NCBI RefSeq assembly: GCF_001194135.2
Contig: NC_068991.1
Coordinates: forward strand, 8,606,450 to 8,670,449
Length of the DNA stretch: 64,000 bases
Direction of reading: 5' to 3'
DNA from: Octopus bimaculoides
Lineage: Eukaryota
Positions 49,091 through 60,367 of the stretch are shown one piece after another. Each line of letters starts with the position of its first letter. Positions within the stretch are counted from its first letter, which is position 1. Position numbers and translations under genes: made by a program. The notes beneath the pieces are model-generated. The model did no database searches. It had not been told where the DNA came from and was given only the letters and a program-made list of their open reading frames with translations.

Positions 49091-52014
49091 GAATGTTCAA
49101 GATCCATGTTCTGGTCAGATTGTTTAAGGGTTTATATCTTAAAAGATTTTGCTTGTAAATTACTGCTGATATTTCTTGACTGGAAGATGGAACATTAACA
49201 TTTCAAAAACTTGCATCATTGAGCAAAACACCTTCTGGTTCTTTAGATAAGACAACAATATAATATGAAACTTTACAGCCATGCCTAGACAGACTGATAG
49301 TGGATTACATGATGTCTAGAACCAGTGGAACTCAGAGAAACACACACATATATGTATTTACATCTGTGTGTGTGTGTGCACATGATGAAACATTCAGTAG
49401 GATATCATTTCATTGTAAAATAATCACCATTATATAATAAATCATTTTGCAAAATACATGTTGACTTAAGCAAGCATTTAAAACATCGGAGGGTGCTATG
49501 GTTTCATAAAAAAAAACAATAATATAAAATAGACTTTGATATTCTGCATTCAGAAAACAAAAATATATATATATAAGAATGAAACTAGAGGAAATGTTAG
49601 AATATCATTTGAGACGTGGTTTGTAACAATTGTCATTGGGAGAGTATGCTTCTTACACACACGCATAAATATATTGAGTAAAATAGGATCTCTTTTTTTC
49701 TGTCCGTTGTTGCCTTGTGTGTGGTGTTATTTAAGTGCAGTTATAGTAATATTTTCATGAATCTATCCTTCACCAGGCTATCATTTATGTTTTATATGTC
49801 TTAGCTCAGTATTTCTTTATTTGGATATAGTTAAAACCAGTGGCAAGCCAGAGCACGCATTTCCATCTGATAACTTCCCCTTCAGATAAATACTATATGA
49901 GTCTTTAAGCTTTATTTCCCCTCCAGATAAATGCTATAATGTGAGTCATTAAGGCTTTACACAACAGATCTCTAATTATGTTGAGCTAACAAGGAAAGCT
50001 CTACAGAGTTTAATCACACTCTGCTGTCTTACATAAGGAAAGGACACATTGCATAATAGAATCTAATATATTCCTAAAAAAACACGGAATGCTTCATGTG
50101 AAATACCTTTGAGCATGGCTCTGCTCAAACAGGACTAACTTGGAACTAAACAATACCAATGTATAATCTTGCTACTGTCTTTTTAGTGAGACAGCTTGTC
50201 TTTGGCACTACAATTCAGTTTTTAGCATGCTGTATAAAGCAGTATGGTACTCATGTAATTATAAATGTGCTTTTTTGGTTGGCCACAAAACCTTCACTTG
50301 GAATGGTAAAATGGATAGGAAACAGAAACATGTAGAAATCACCCAAAGTTATTGAATCAAAAATCACATGAGAACAAGATTTTGTACATGCAAATTTATT
50401 TTATTAAGATATTTTGTAAAAAGGGTGTTTTAAGAAAAAAACACTATATTTTAAGAGAACAGAGTAAGAACATCTCAAAAATAAAAACCAAAAAAAATCT
50501 AGCATTTTTTCTTACAATCTTTCAAAACAATTAGCTACATTGTCACAATTATTGGTTAAATTCTAATACTTTGTCTGTGCTTTGAAACAAAGAATGCTTT
50601 AAAACTTTTATATTTGCAAAGTAATTACACTTGTTATTTGGCAGCAATTGAAACCAATCTGTAATGTTGTTATTTCACACTATGTCAGCCTTGTGATCAA
50701 AGGTATTCTAGCCATGATCATCCAGTTTTTTTTTCTTTTTTCGGCATAGTGTATCTGGGACTACAGTTATCTAATGCATCCGTTCTTTTTAAGAAAATAA
50801 GAAATGGAGATTTGACTGTTATTTCTAACAGGTTGGGCAGCTAAAAAGAGGCTTTCTCACCAGTTTGAAATTTATAACTTTTTACCATTTAGTACTATTT
50901 ATATAAAACATGAAGTATAAAGAATATCGTTCTTATAGATACTTAATTGTACAGTTCAGGAAATGTATATAAAAAAGAAATACCCACAAAAGCAAATTTT
51001 ATCATTTTTTTTTTTTTTTTGAAAATTTAAAAACAAAATATGGATTTGTATCAATTAGAAAAATGTTTTTAAGTTTGTAGAATATTCCAAAATAAAATAT
51101 ATAAATTCCTTTTGAAAAACTGATTTAGTTGCATTAAATGATTGTTACATGTTCATATCTTGAAAGATTGGGACCAAAATGGAAGCCTTTCCAGTGGTAA
51201 GTGATTGCATTGGTAGCAGACATATCAGCAACTAGTTCTACCTGATGAATATCCAATAACATCTTTGAAGATACATTTTTATTATGCATAAATATTAGCA
51301 AAAACTATTTCAGCTTCAGTAAATTATTGGTTGTTTTAAATGAAAAGGTTACTCAACCTAGCAAGATGCAATAGAAAGAATATTAGAATGGACAAGAATA
51401 ACCAAAAGTAGATTATGAAAGATTTGAAAGCAATTTTACCAAAGATCTAATGCAGGGCCTTCCATGATTCTTAGGATAACTGTAAAGGGTTTGCCTATTT
51501 AATGGTGTGGTGCTGTTTCAATCAAAATATAAATCAAATGTCTTAATGTTATATTAGAATATCTGGTCAAATCAGCTGAGAAAAATTTGAGCAATTGTGA
51601 AAAGTTGTGGTTTTATGAAAATATAATGCCCTGTTGGTTACNNNNNNNNNNNNNNNNNNNNNNNNNNNNNNNNNNNNNNNNNNNNNNNNNNNNNNNNNNN
51701 NNNNNNNNNNNNNNNNNNNNNNNNNNNNNNNNNNNNNNNNNGGCTACTGAGAATTAAGTGTCTTTCTTAGCCACAGATACAACATAAGAATGGGTGAGAG
51801 AATACAAATAGCTGACCATGTGATCTGTACTCTACTGACTTGGTTACTTGAAAACTGAAGGCAATAGTAGAAACACTTGCTCAAGGTGCTGTGCAATACA
51901 TTTGAACTTAGAACCATGTCGTTGTGAGGCTCACTTCTCAACCACACATTTAGTGCCTTGCCTTATGGAAAGCTAAATTCTTTTTATACTAAAAGAACAT
52001 TTTTTGATATTTAC

Positions 52015-52133
52015 ATTTTTAATCCATTCCAGAAGTTGCTTTCTTCCTTCACCAGCTCGCTGCATGCACTTCCATACTATGAAACCAAATATGGAGAGTT
52101 CTTTATGCAAAATCCTTTTGAAAGGGTAGGGAC
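52015..52133 (-). CDS. PTGR1: PTGR1-A penultimate coding exon
   Basis: GPYPFKRILHKELSIFGFIVWKCMQRAGEGRKQLLEWIKN|gtaaat. Confidence 0.9.
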
Positions 52134-52671
52134 CTGAAGAAAAATAGAAATAAAAATGATATTAATAATAATCTTTTCTACAACGGGTACAATTTGGGGG
52201 GAAGGTCTAATCCAGGCATGGCCAACTCAAATTACACTACGGGCCTTTTTTATCACAGAAAGATTTTTGAGGGCTGCTTGTATACTGACAGAATTGAAAG
52301 CATTTTGCTTTCTCATGCTATTATTACAATAATGAACAAATGATCAATGATTCAACATGAAATATTATCATTGCAAAAACAGTAGTATCTTTCATTTTTA
52401 CTTTGCATTACAATTTTTAATGTTTGATAAGATTTTTAAAATGTCTGTTTAAATAAACCCATTTCAAGAAAGTATTAAGCAGGCGGCCCGTGGACCTCAG
52501 GTTGGCCAGCCCTGGTATAGTCAATTACATGAACCCCAGTGCTCAACTGGTACATACTTCAATGACTCCGAAGGGATGAAAAGCAAAGTCAACCTTGGTT
52601 GAATTTGAACTCAGAATGTAAAGCCAAAAGAAAGGCTACAGAACAATATCCAGTGCAATAACCATTCTGCC

Positions 52672-52706
<35 letters not shown>

Positions 52707-55700
52707 CATCCTTTCTATTAAAAGCACAAGGCCTCAAATTTGTGGGGAGGGGACAAGTCGATTACATTGACTCCAGTGTTTCTCTGGTCCTTAATTTATC
52801 GATCTTGAAAGGATGAAAGGCAAAGTTGACCTCAGCAGAATTTGAATTCAGAATGTAATAAACTGAGTTGGCATTAGGAAGGGTATCCAGTCATGGAAAT
52901 CATGCGGAAACAGAAACTGGATCTTGACACAGACATCTTAGCTGTTGGATGATGTCAAACTGTCCAACCTGTGCCGATATAGAACATGGAGGCAAAATGA
53001 TGGTGGTGGTGATAATGATGACAGGAGGAGGGAGAGCAGGATTTCTATAATGAAATTTAAATGTAAAAAAAAAAAGCCTTTTAAAAGAGAACTTTAATAA
53101 GCAGAAAATAGAGAAAACATCAGGTTACCCTTTAGTTTGTTTTCCACTGGAACATTATATTCAGATATACAACCACAAATGCATACACGACCATGACTAT
53201 TCATATGACTTAAGACAACCGATGAGAAGTGACCACCAACCTAGAAAACCAAACAGAACATTTCATTTAAGTAGTTTAAAGTGGCAAAAAAATTTCAAGA
53301 CAGAAATGAGTCTACGATAAATTCAATACAATGTGGACAAATAAGCATTACATTTGACAGAGTTATCCGAATGCTAAAGGATTGAATCATCTCAGAAATG
53401 GTGCCAATCCACTTACATTGTCAAAATAACAGTCAATGCCGTCAGGAACAGAGGATGATAATACTTTGTCCAAATCAATATTCTTGTAGTNNNNNNNNNN
53501 NNNNNNNNNNNNNNNNNNNNNNNNNNNNNNNNNNNNNNNNNNNNNNNNNNNNNNNNNNNNNNNNNNNNNNNNNNNNNNNNNNNNNNNNNNNNNNNNNNNN
53601 NNNNNNNNNNNNNNNNNNNNNNNNNNNNNNNNNNNNNNNNNNNNNNNNNNNNNNNNNNNNNNNNNNNNNNNNNNNNNNNNNNNNNNNNNNNNNNNNNNNN
53701 NNNNNNNNNNNNNNNNNNNNNNNNNNNNNNNNNNNNNNNNNNNNNNNNNNNNNNNNNNNNNNNNNNNNNNNNNNNNNNNNNNNNNNNNNNNNNNNNNNNN
53801 NNNNNNNNNNNNNNNNNNNNNNNNNNNNNNNNNNNNNNNNNNNNNNNNNNNNNNNNNNNNNNNNNNNNNNNNNNNNNNNNNNNNNNNNNNNNNNNNNNNN
53901 NNNNNNNNNNNNNNNNNNNNNNNNNNNNNNNNNNNNNNNNNNNNNNNNNNNNNNNNNNNNNNNNNNNNNNNNNNNNNNNNNNNNNNNNNNNNNNNNNNNN
54001 NNNAAACATGTATTGCATTATACAGACAAAAACATGTAATATTTTGAATGCAGTATCGCTGTTAAAACAGCAGTAAAACTCGGTATTATTACCCTTGTCA
54101 GATGGAAAAATTATTTTTTATGTCTTACAACAGTAATAATATCCAATTTTCCTGCTATTTTCACAGAGATACTACGTTCAAAATACTTTCTGGTCTGTCT
54201 AATAGTTGCTTTAATTGTTTAATCACAGGCACTCCAGTTTATGACCATCTATGACTATCAATCTTTTTAAGAGTATGAATGACTGACTATAATACGAGTT
54301 CATTGCTTATTTAAAATGGTAAGGCATGGTAGGTGTAGGCAAGGCTGTGTGGTTAAGTGACTTGCTTCCCAACTGTGTTGTCTCGAGTTCAGTCCTACTG
54401 CATGGCATCCAGAGCAAGTATCTTCTACTAAAGCCCCAGGCTGACAAGGATGTGAGTGGATTAGATGAAGAGAAGCAGAAAGAAACCAGTTTTGTATGTG
54501 TGTGTGTGTGTATGCCTTTGCCTTGACATCATGTAATGGTTGTAAGTGATAGAAAGGATAATTATTATTATTATTATTATTATTATTATGATAATTATTA
54601 GCTATGGTAAAGGAGCAGATGAACTGAAAGTATCAAGAAGAAATCAAACATTGTATATAAAACAGAAAAAAAAAAGATAAAACACCACTTACCCAGGCAT
54701 TCCCAAGGATCCTAGAATAAGAGACAATGGTAAGTCTTCAATGTCTGGAACTTTCCTCAGAACTGAGACATCTTTCACTAATGTGTGGCTCTTCCAACCA
54801 AAATGTGCCATCACATGTGTGCCTTCAGGAAATTTTGGATTCTTACTAGCAATAACCCTGCATTTAAACATAAACTTATTTTAGAATTTAAGAATTTTGT
54901 AAAGTAGATATATGTACAATGTCCGGCCCATTTAAAAGGACCCTTGATGTGTCAGGTGATATGATATGCTTGAGAAGACCTGTTGAGTCAAGTAAAACCA
55001 AAATCGTAGCTGTGGAAAGTGCCCCCTGAGTGGCTCCTGTTCTGGTGGCACATAAAATGCATCATCTTGTACGTGGTTGATGCCAGTGCCCCCCGAGTGG
55101 CTCCTGTGCCAGTGGCACGTAAAAAGCACCATCCGAATGTGATCAATGCCAGGCCTGACTGGCTCCCATGAGGGGATTGTGCAATGTCTTTACCATTGTA
55201 CTTATACTGTGTCGATATGAACTAGAAAGGCTTTGTACAGTGGTGTAATTTAAGCACACAGCAAATGAGAAACTATCGAAACAAACTTACCTTGCTACCT
55301 GTTCTCCCATCATCACATCTCCTTCTGACAACTCACCAGCATTGATACTAAATAAGAAAAGAAACACAAAAAACGCCATAGTAATCTTCAGAATGACAAT
55401 TACCTTCTTAATGCAAAACAGTCAATACTTTAATGAACCATAAAAATCTCCAGAACTTTGAAACTTAACCCTGGCTTTTCAAGCATTAAACAGACATGGA
55501 GGAGGAGGAGGAAAAGAAGAAGAAGAGTACATTTTTTTCATGCTGGCGTGAGTTGGACATCTGACAGCAGTCGGCAAGCTGGAGAGCTGCGCCAGGCTCC
55601 AGTTGTCCATTTTGGCATGGTTTCTATGACTGGACACCCTTCCTAATGCCATAAACATATGTATATATATATGTGTGTATATATATATTTGTCTAGAATC

Positions 55701-57743
55701 ATGCTGGACGCAGAGGAGGAGAGAAAATAGTAATTCAGTGAAGGAGAAGTAGTGAGAGTAATAGCTCTGATTGACAGGGAGTGAGAGAAAGTAATAGTAG
55801 GGAGAGAAAAGAAAGGGTGAAAAAAAAATCACCATTTCAACTCTGTGTGAGTGTATGTGTGTGCATGTACAAGGGAAGTGTGTAAATGTTTGTATGTGTG
55901 ATTATTATATACCTTATTTTGTACCTTATTTATATATAAAATATTACAATTAGCCATCATTATTCATGGCACATGGTCAGCTAATTAATAACAATACGTG
56001 TGAAGATTTATGTCAACACAACACAACACAACAGGTAATCCATATTGGTGAAAATATTTTAGCTGTTAAAAAAAGCTAACAGACAGAAACGGCAAACCAA
56101 ATTTAACTTTAGACATTCATTTGTTTAACCAAATGAATGATGCCTCCTATACCCAATTCACTTACACTCTGTCGTACATGCATACTGACATTACCCGTCC
56201 AGTGGAGCATGCTGGCTTCATTTCTTTCAAGCCTCTGCTGTCCCTAACCACTGCTTGACAACTGGTGTTGGTCTGTTTATGTCCCAAAGACTTCCTGGTT
56301 CAGCAAAAAGAGATTGTTAAGTATCCAACTTATAAATAAAGAAAAAATCAATACTGCAGTCAATTTGTTTGATTAAAACAGTCAATGCAGAGCTCCAGCA
56401 TGGCCACAGTTCAATGACTGACACAAATAAAAGACAAAGGATNNNNNNNNNNCGTACCGCATGTAAGGGTCAACAGACAGCCAGACTGCTTCACATAGAA
56501 CTTCTGCAAAAAAAATAAATAAATAACTCAAATAAACAACTGAAAAAGAGAAAAGAAAGTTTGATATCAACGATTTATTGGAAGAAACATTTTGCTTTCT
56601 CCATTTGCAAAATCATTACCATTCTTATCTGTCTCTGATAGAGGCAGAAGGTCCAAAATTTGGCAGAGAGGTTAGTCAATTACATCACATCCATCTCATA
56701 CAAGACTGCTACATTATTTCATTGAAGGAAGCCAGTGAGCTGGCAGAGTTGTTAGCATGCTGGACAAAATGCTTAGCGGTATTTCACCCATCTCTATGTT
56801 CTGAGTTCAAATTCCACTGCGGTCAACTTTGTCTTTAATCCTTTCAAGGTCGATAGATTAAGTACCAGTTGCATACTGAGGTCAATGTAATCGACTGGCC
56901 CCTCCCCACAAATTTCAGGCCTTGTACCTATAGTAGAAAGGATTATTTCATTGAAAGATGAATAGTAAGTTGATTTTGGCAAGATTTGAACTCCGCAAAC
57001 CATCAACTGCCGGTATGTGGCGAGTTTCCAGAAAAGAAACATTATAAAATGGTTTCCGGTATAAATTAATATTACTAAGAAATATTACCGGTCCCTGGCA
57101 CATTGGAAAAAAAAAATTGCCGGTACACCACTTCAGATTGTTTGAGAAGCACTGATTTAGACAATATGATTGTTCGTTAATTTCCATAAAATTCTTTATT
57201 TATTTATTTACTTTTGTTTTCATGACATGTGGAAGATGACATTTGCTTTCAAGTGAGAGCAAAAAGTGAAAGATGTATGTAAAAAGGCATTTTCACTTTT
57301 TAGATATTACTACTTAAAATCTGTCCAAATTTACTATATTTAAAATTAAGGCGACTCGGGGAGCTTACCGCGTTTGAGGTTTATGTAGCAAAACTGAATC
57401 GGAAAAATATATTAAAAAATAATGAAATGAGGAACATATACTAACATATTAGCAAGGATATATGAAGTTAATTGAACTCAAAATTACAGGACTCATCCCC
57501 CATGTCTAATAAGAAGGATGATCACGGTTGGAATGCCTTAGATTATTGGGGTTGAACTGAGGGAAAAATGAAATAGGTAGTAATTAAATTGAACTCTGAA
57601 AAGAAAAGAAAAAATATATATTTGTTAAAATTACCTTCATCATTAACTTCATCGGGCAATTCTTCTGTTACCAGCTTTATATCATCACTGGACGGTTTAC
57701 CAACAAACTGTTTAGCTAGAATGAATTTTTTTGACAGAACCAT
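52015..57743 (-). CDS. PTGR1: Prostaglandin reductase 1-like (MDR-family NADP-dependent alkenal reductase), copy A; internal and last exons fall in gaps
   Basis: Exons 57743-57635, 56503-56458, 55347-55291, 54857-54693, partial 53490-53417, 53240-53129, 52133-52015. Motifs: FVGKP, LSVDPYMR, EGDVMMGEQVA, LGSLGMPG, DGIDCYFDNVGG, GRVCICGCISEYN. Confidence 0.92.
52213..52514. mobile_element. hAT-type MITE
   Basis: Termini CAGGCATGGCCAAC / GTTGGCCAGCCCTG; 8-bp flanks gtctaatc/gtatagtc (6 of 8 match); absent at the paralogous site near 62950. Confidence 0.75.
53129..53240 (-). CDS. PTGR1: PTGR1-A exon (VGG...)
   Basis: VGGHFSSVVLSHMNSHGRVCICGCISEYNVPVENKLK. Confidence 0.92.
53417..53490 (-). CDS. 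PTGR1: PTGR1-A exon, 5' part lost in gap 53491-54003
   Basis: YKNIDLDKVLSSSVPDGIDCYFDN|gtaagt. Confidence 0.88.
54693..54857 (-). CDS. PTGR1: PTGR1-A exon 4
   Basis: RVIASKNPKFPEGTHVMAHFGWKSHTLVKDVSVLRKVPDIEDLPLSLILGSLGMPG. Confidence 0.93.
55291..55347 (-). CDS. PTGR1: PTGR1-A exon 3
   Basis: INAGELSEGDVMMGEQVA. Confidence 0.9.
56458..56503 (-). CDS. PTGR1: PTGR1-A exon 2
   Basis: EVLCEAVWLSVDPYMR. Confidence 0.92.
57635..57743 (-). CDS. PTGR1: PTGR1-A first coding exon
   Basis: MVLSKKFILAKQFVGKPSSDDIKLVTEELPDEVNDE|gtaa. Confidence 0.9.
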
Positions 57744-58259
57744 TATCAGTCACGTTCCTTTAGCAAAGAAAACTTCTGTTTGAATGGAATTGCTGGTGCA
57801 CTGCCTGCTGATTGCAAATCAAAGAGGGGAGGGGTGCTAACTAAAAATTGCTTTTAACCTTTTCAAGTCGGCCTATATTTTGAAATTAAGAAAACCAGTT
57901 GGAGTTAATAGTAAATGACCTCTAAAAGCATTAAAAACATCATAACATGATCTGCTAACTATTTCAGAAAATTATCGCTGTTTTCCTTGAGTGTATAAAA
58001 GACAAACTTAGCTGGGGCAAAATGAGTAAACCAAGATAAGGTAGATTTGCTGCTTCCATTCTCCTGAATCACATTTGGAAACAAACTCATGCACATCATT
58101 ATCCATCCCTAGACATCAAAAAGATCAGAAGTGCAGAATATTTCTAAAAATTCTTAAATTTAAATATCTGGGTCAAATCAAAGAAGATCAAGGAAAAATG
58201 ACATGATATGAAATTTAATAAAACTTGACTAAATAAAAGAAAAAAAAAGACAAAAAATA

Positions 58260-60367
58260 TTAGGTTATCCCATAAATAATGTGGTTTTTCAATTGCATAA
58301 AGTCGGAGGAGGACAAGATAAACTACCTGCATCAACTTGCTATAAAAGCAGGTAGTAATTTTAGCTTGTTCTTGTTCTTATTCTTAGTGCAAGTTTTGAA
58401 GAATGCAGTTCGATTTTAACAATTAATGTTTTCAGAACTATAATGGAGGTGACAAAGGAGCATATTCAGCATATTTTGCATTATGAGTTCAATAAAGGCA
58501 ACAACGCAATGAAAAGTGTGAGGAACATCAATACAGTATATGGGGATTGGACAATAAGCGTAAGCCAGTGTCAACAGTGGTTCCAGAATTTCTGAGTCGG
58601 AAACTACAGCCTCATCCTGGAAGATCTATAGAGCTCAGAGGATGTCCTGCAAACCCTGGTGGAACAAAATCCCATCATAACTGTTGAGGAACTAGCAGAG
58701 TGGATGATGTAGTCCTTTACACTATATTTGAAGAAGAAAAATGAAGGGATGGTCATGGATAGGATGTCTTTGATTATAGGCCTGCTCGAACAAGACCACT
58801 TCATCATCACGCATTAAAATACGATGTTATACTTAAACATTTAATCTTTGTCTTTTCAGAAGATCTTGGCCCAAAACTTGTTAAGTCAAAAGAATTTCCT
58901 AGGTGCAAGTCTTCCACTACAAACAGGTAAGAGGATAACATTGTTTTTAGTCTGTTGTCATCAGCCTCAGCTCAGGTGTGAGGCAAGATATTTCTCCTGT
59001 GCTTTAACTGAAACACTTTACTCAACTGGTTGTTCTTGCAACATTGTTAGTGAGTGAATAACTCAATGTATTCCTAACCTTTATGTTGCTACTTATATAG
59101 GCCTAACAACTTTATTTAGGCATGCTGGCTTTGGGAAATGCATGGATATTTTCTCATCTAAATACATCATCATTTAATGTCCTCTTTTCCATACTTGCAC
59201 GGCTCAGGTGGAATTAGCTGAGGCAGATTTTCCAGTCATCAATCCTCTTTCCAAGCACAGTATTATTTACCTCTAGCTAGGCGTTTTTCATGGAAGACTG
59301 GAAATGAACGACATAACTTGTATGAAGTGAGGCTTATTTACAACCATCACATAAGATCTAGACAAAGGTGCAAACACATAATCATCATCATCATTTAACG
59401 GCTGCTTTCTGTTCTGGCAGGGGTCAGATGATCTCAATAGGAGCTGGCCAGCCAAGGATCTGTCAAAACTCCTATTTTCTGTTGTGGCATGTTTTCTAAT
59501 GCCAACCACTTTACAGAGTGTGCTGGGTGCTTTTTCCACGCCACCAGATTGGGTGGGTTTACACAACACCAAGTGTATTTTATGTGGCACGGGCACCAGT
59601 AATGGACAAGCTCATACATAACACCAAACACTTCTCAGCACCCACAATCTTCAATAGTGTCACCACACATACCACTCTACGAGCAGCTCCACACAGATAA
59701 ACTCAGTACACACTCCCACACAAGTACATAATACCTGAACACAGACAATATATACACACACACGCATAAACGATAACTTTCACCCACAACCACACATCAA
59801 CTGCTCCATTCAATGCACACACATTAGACTCACCACCATACTTTTCATGGGAAAAGGGTTCTTCTCTCAATCTGGTGGGATTGCAAAGGAGTAATTCACT
59901 TTGAATTGTCAGCACCTAATGCAACAATCAATGCTCAAGTCTACTGTCAGCAATTAGAGCATTTGAACCGAGCTCTGGAGAAAAAAAGACCTGCTTTAGT
60001 GAATTGAAAAGGAGTGATGTTTCATCAGGACAATGCGCGACCCTACACTGCAAAGACCACATCACAGAAGATCGAAGAGCTTGGTTGGGAAAAAATTCCT
60101 CATCCATCTTATTCTCCCGACCTTGCTCCTTTAGACTACCATTTGTTTCGTAGTTTANNNNNNNNNNNNNNNNNNNNNNNNNNNNNNNNNNNNNNNNNNN
60201 NNNNNNNNNNNNNNNNNNNNNNNNNNNNNNNNNNNNNNNNNAATAGATGGAAGGAAGTCATAGATAATCAGGGAAAGTACATTGTTGATTAAATTTCAAT
60301 TAAATATAACATTTGATCACTTGTTTCCTTTATTCAAAATTCGGACAGAACTTATGGGATGACCTGA
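58260..60367 (+). mobile_element. Non-autonomous mariner with internal host-DNA cargo (Pack-TIR-like)
   Basis: TA at 58258-59 and 60368-69; termini match 14 of the first 16 nt. Decayed transposase N-terminus from ATG 58443 (MEVTKEHIQHILHYEFNKGNNA...VEELAE, in-frame TGA). C-terminus from about 59846 (HGKRVLLSIWWD...FHQDNARP...YSPDLAPLDYHLF...GKYIVD*). Confidence 0.88.
58701..59051 (+). pseudogene. Captured KIF27 fragment (exon 31 at 58860-58926 plus flanking intron)
   Basis: 351-bp direct copy of 47518-47868 with 2 mismatches (58814, 58988); splice sites retained. Confidence 0.9.

Noticed and set aside
58443-60292. Active mariner transposase
   Set aside because: In-frame stops, frameshifts and a replaced central region.
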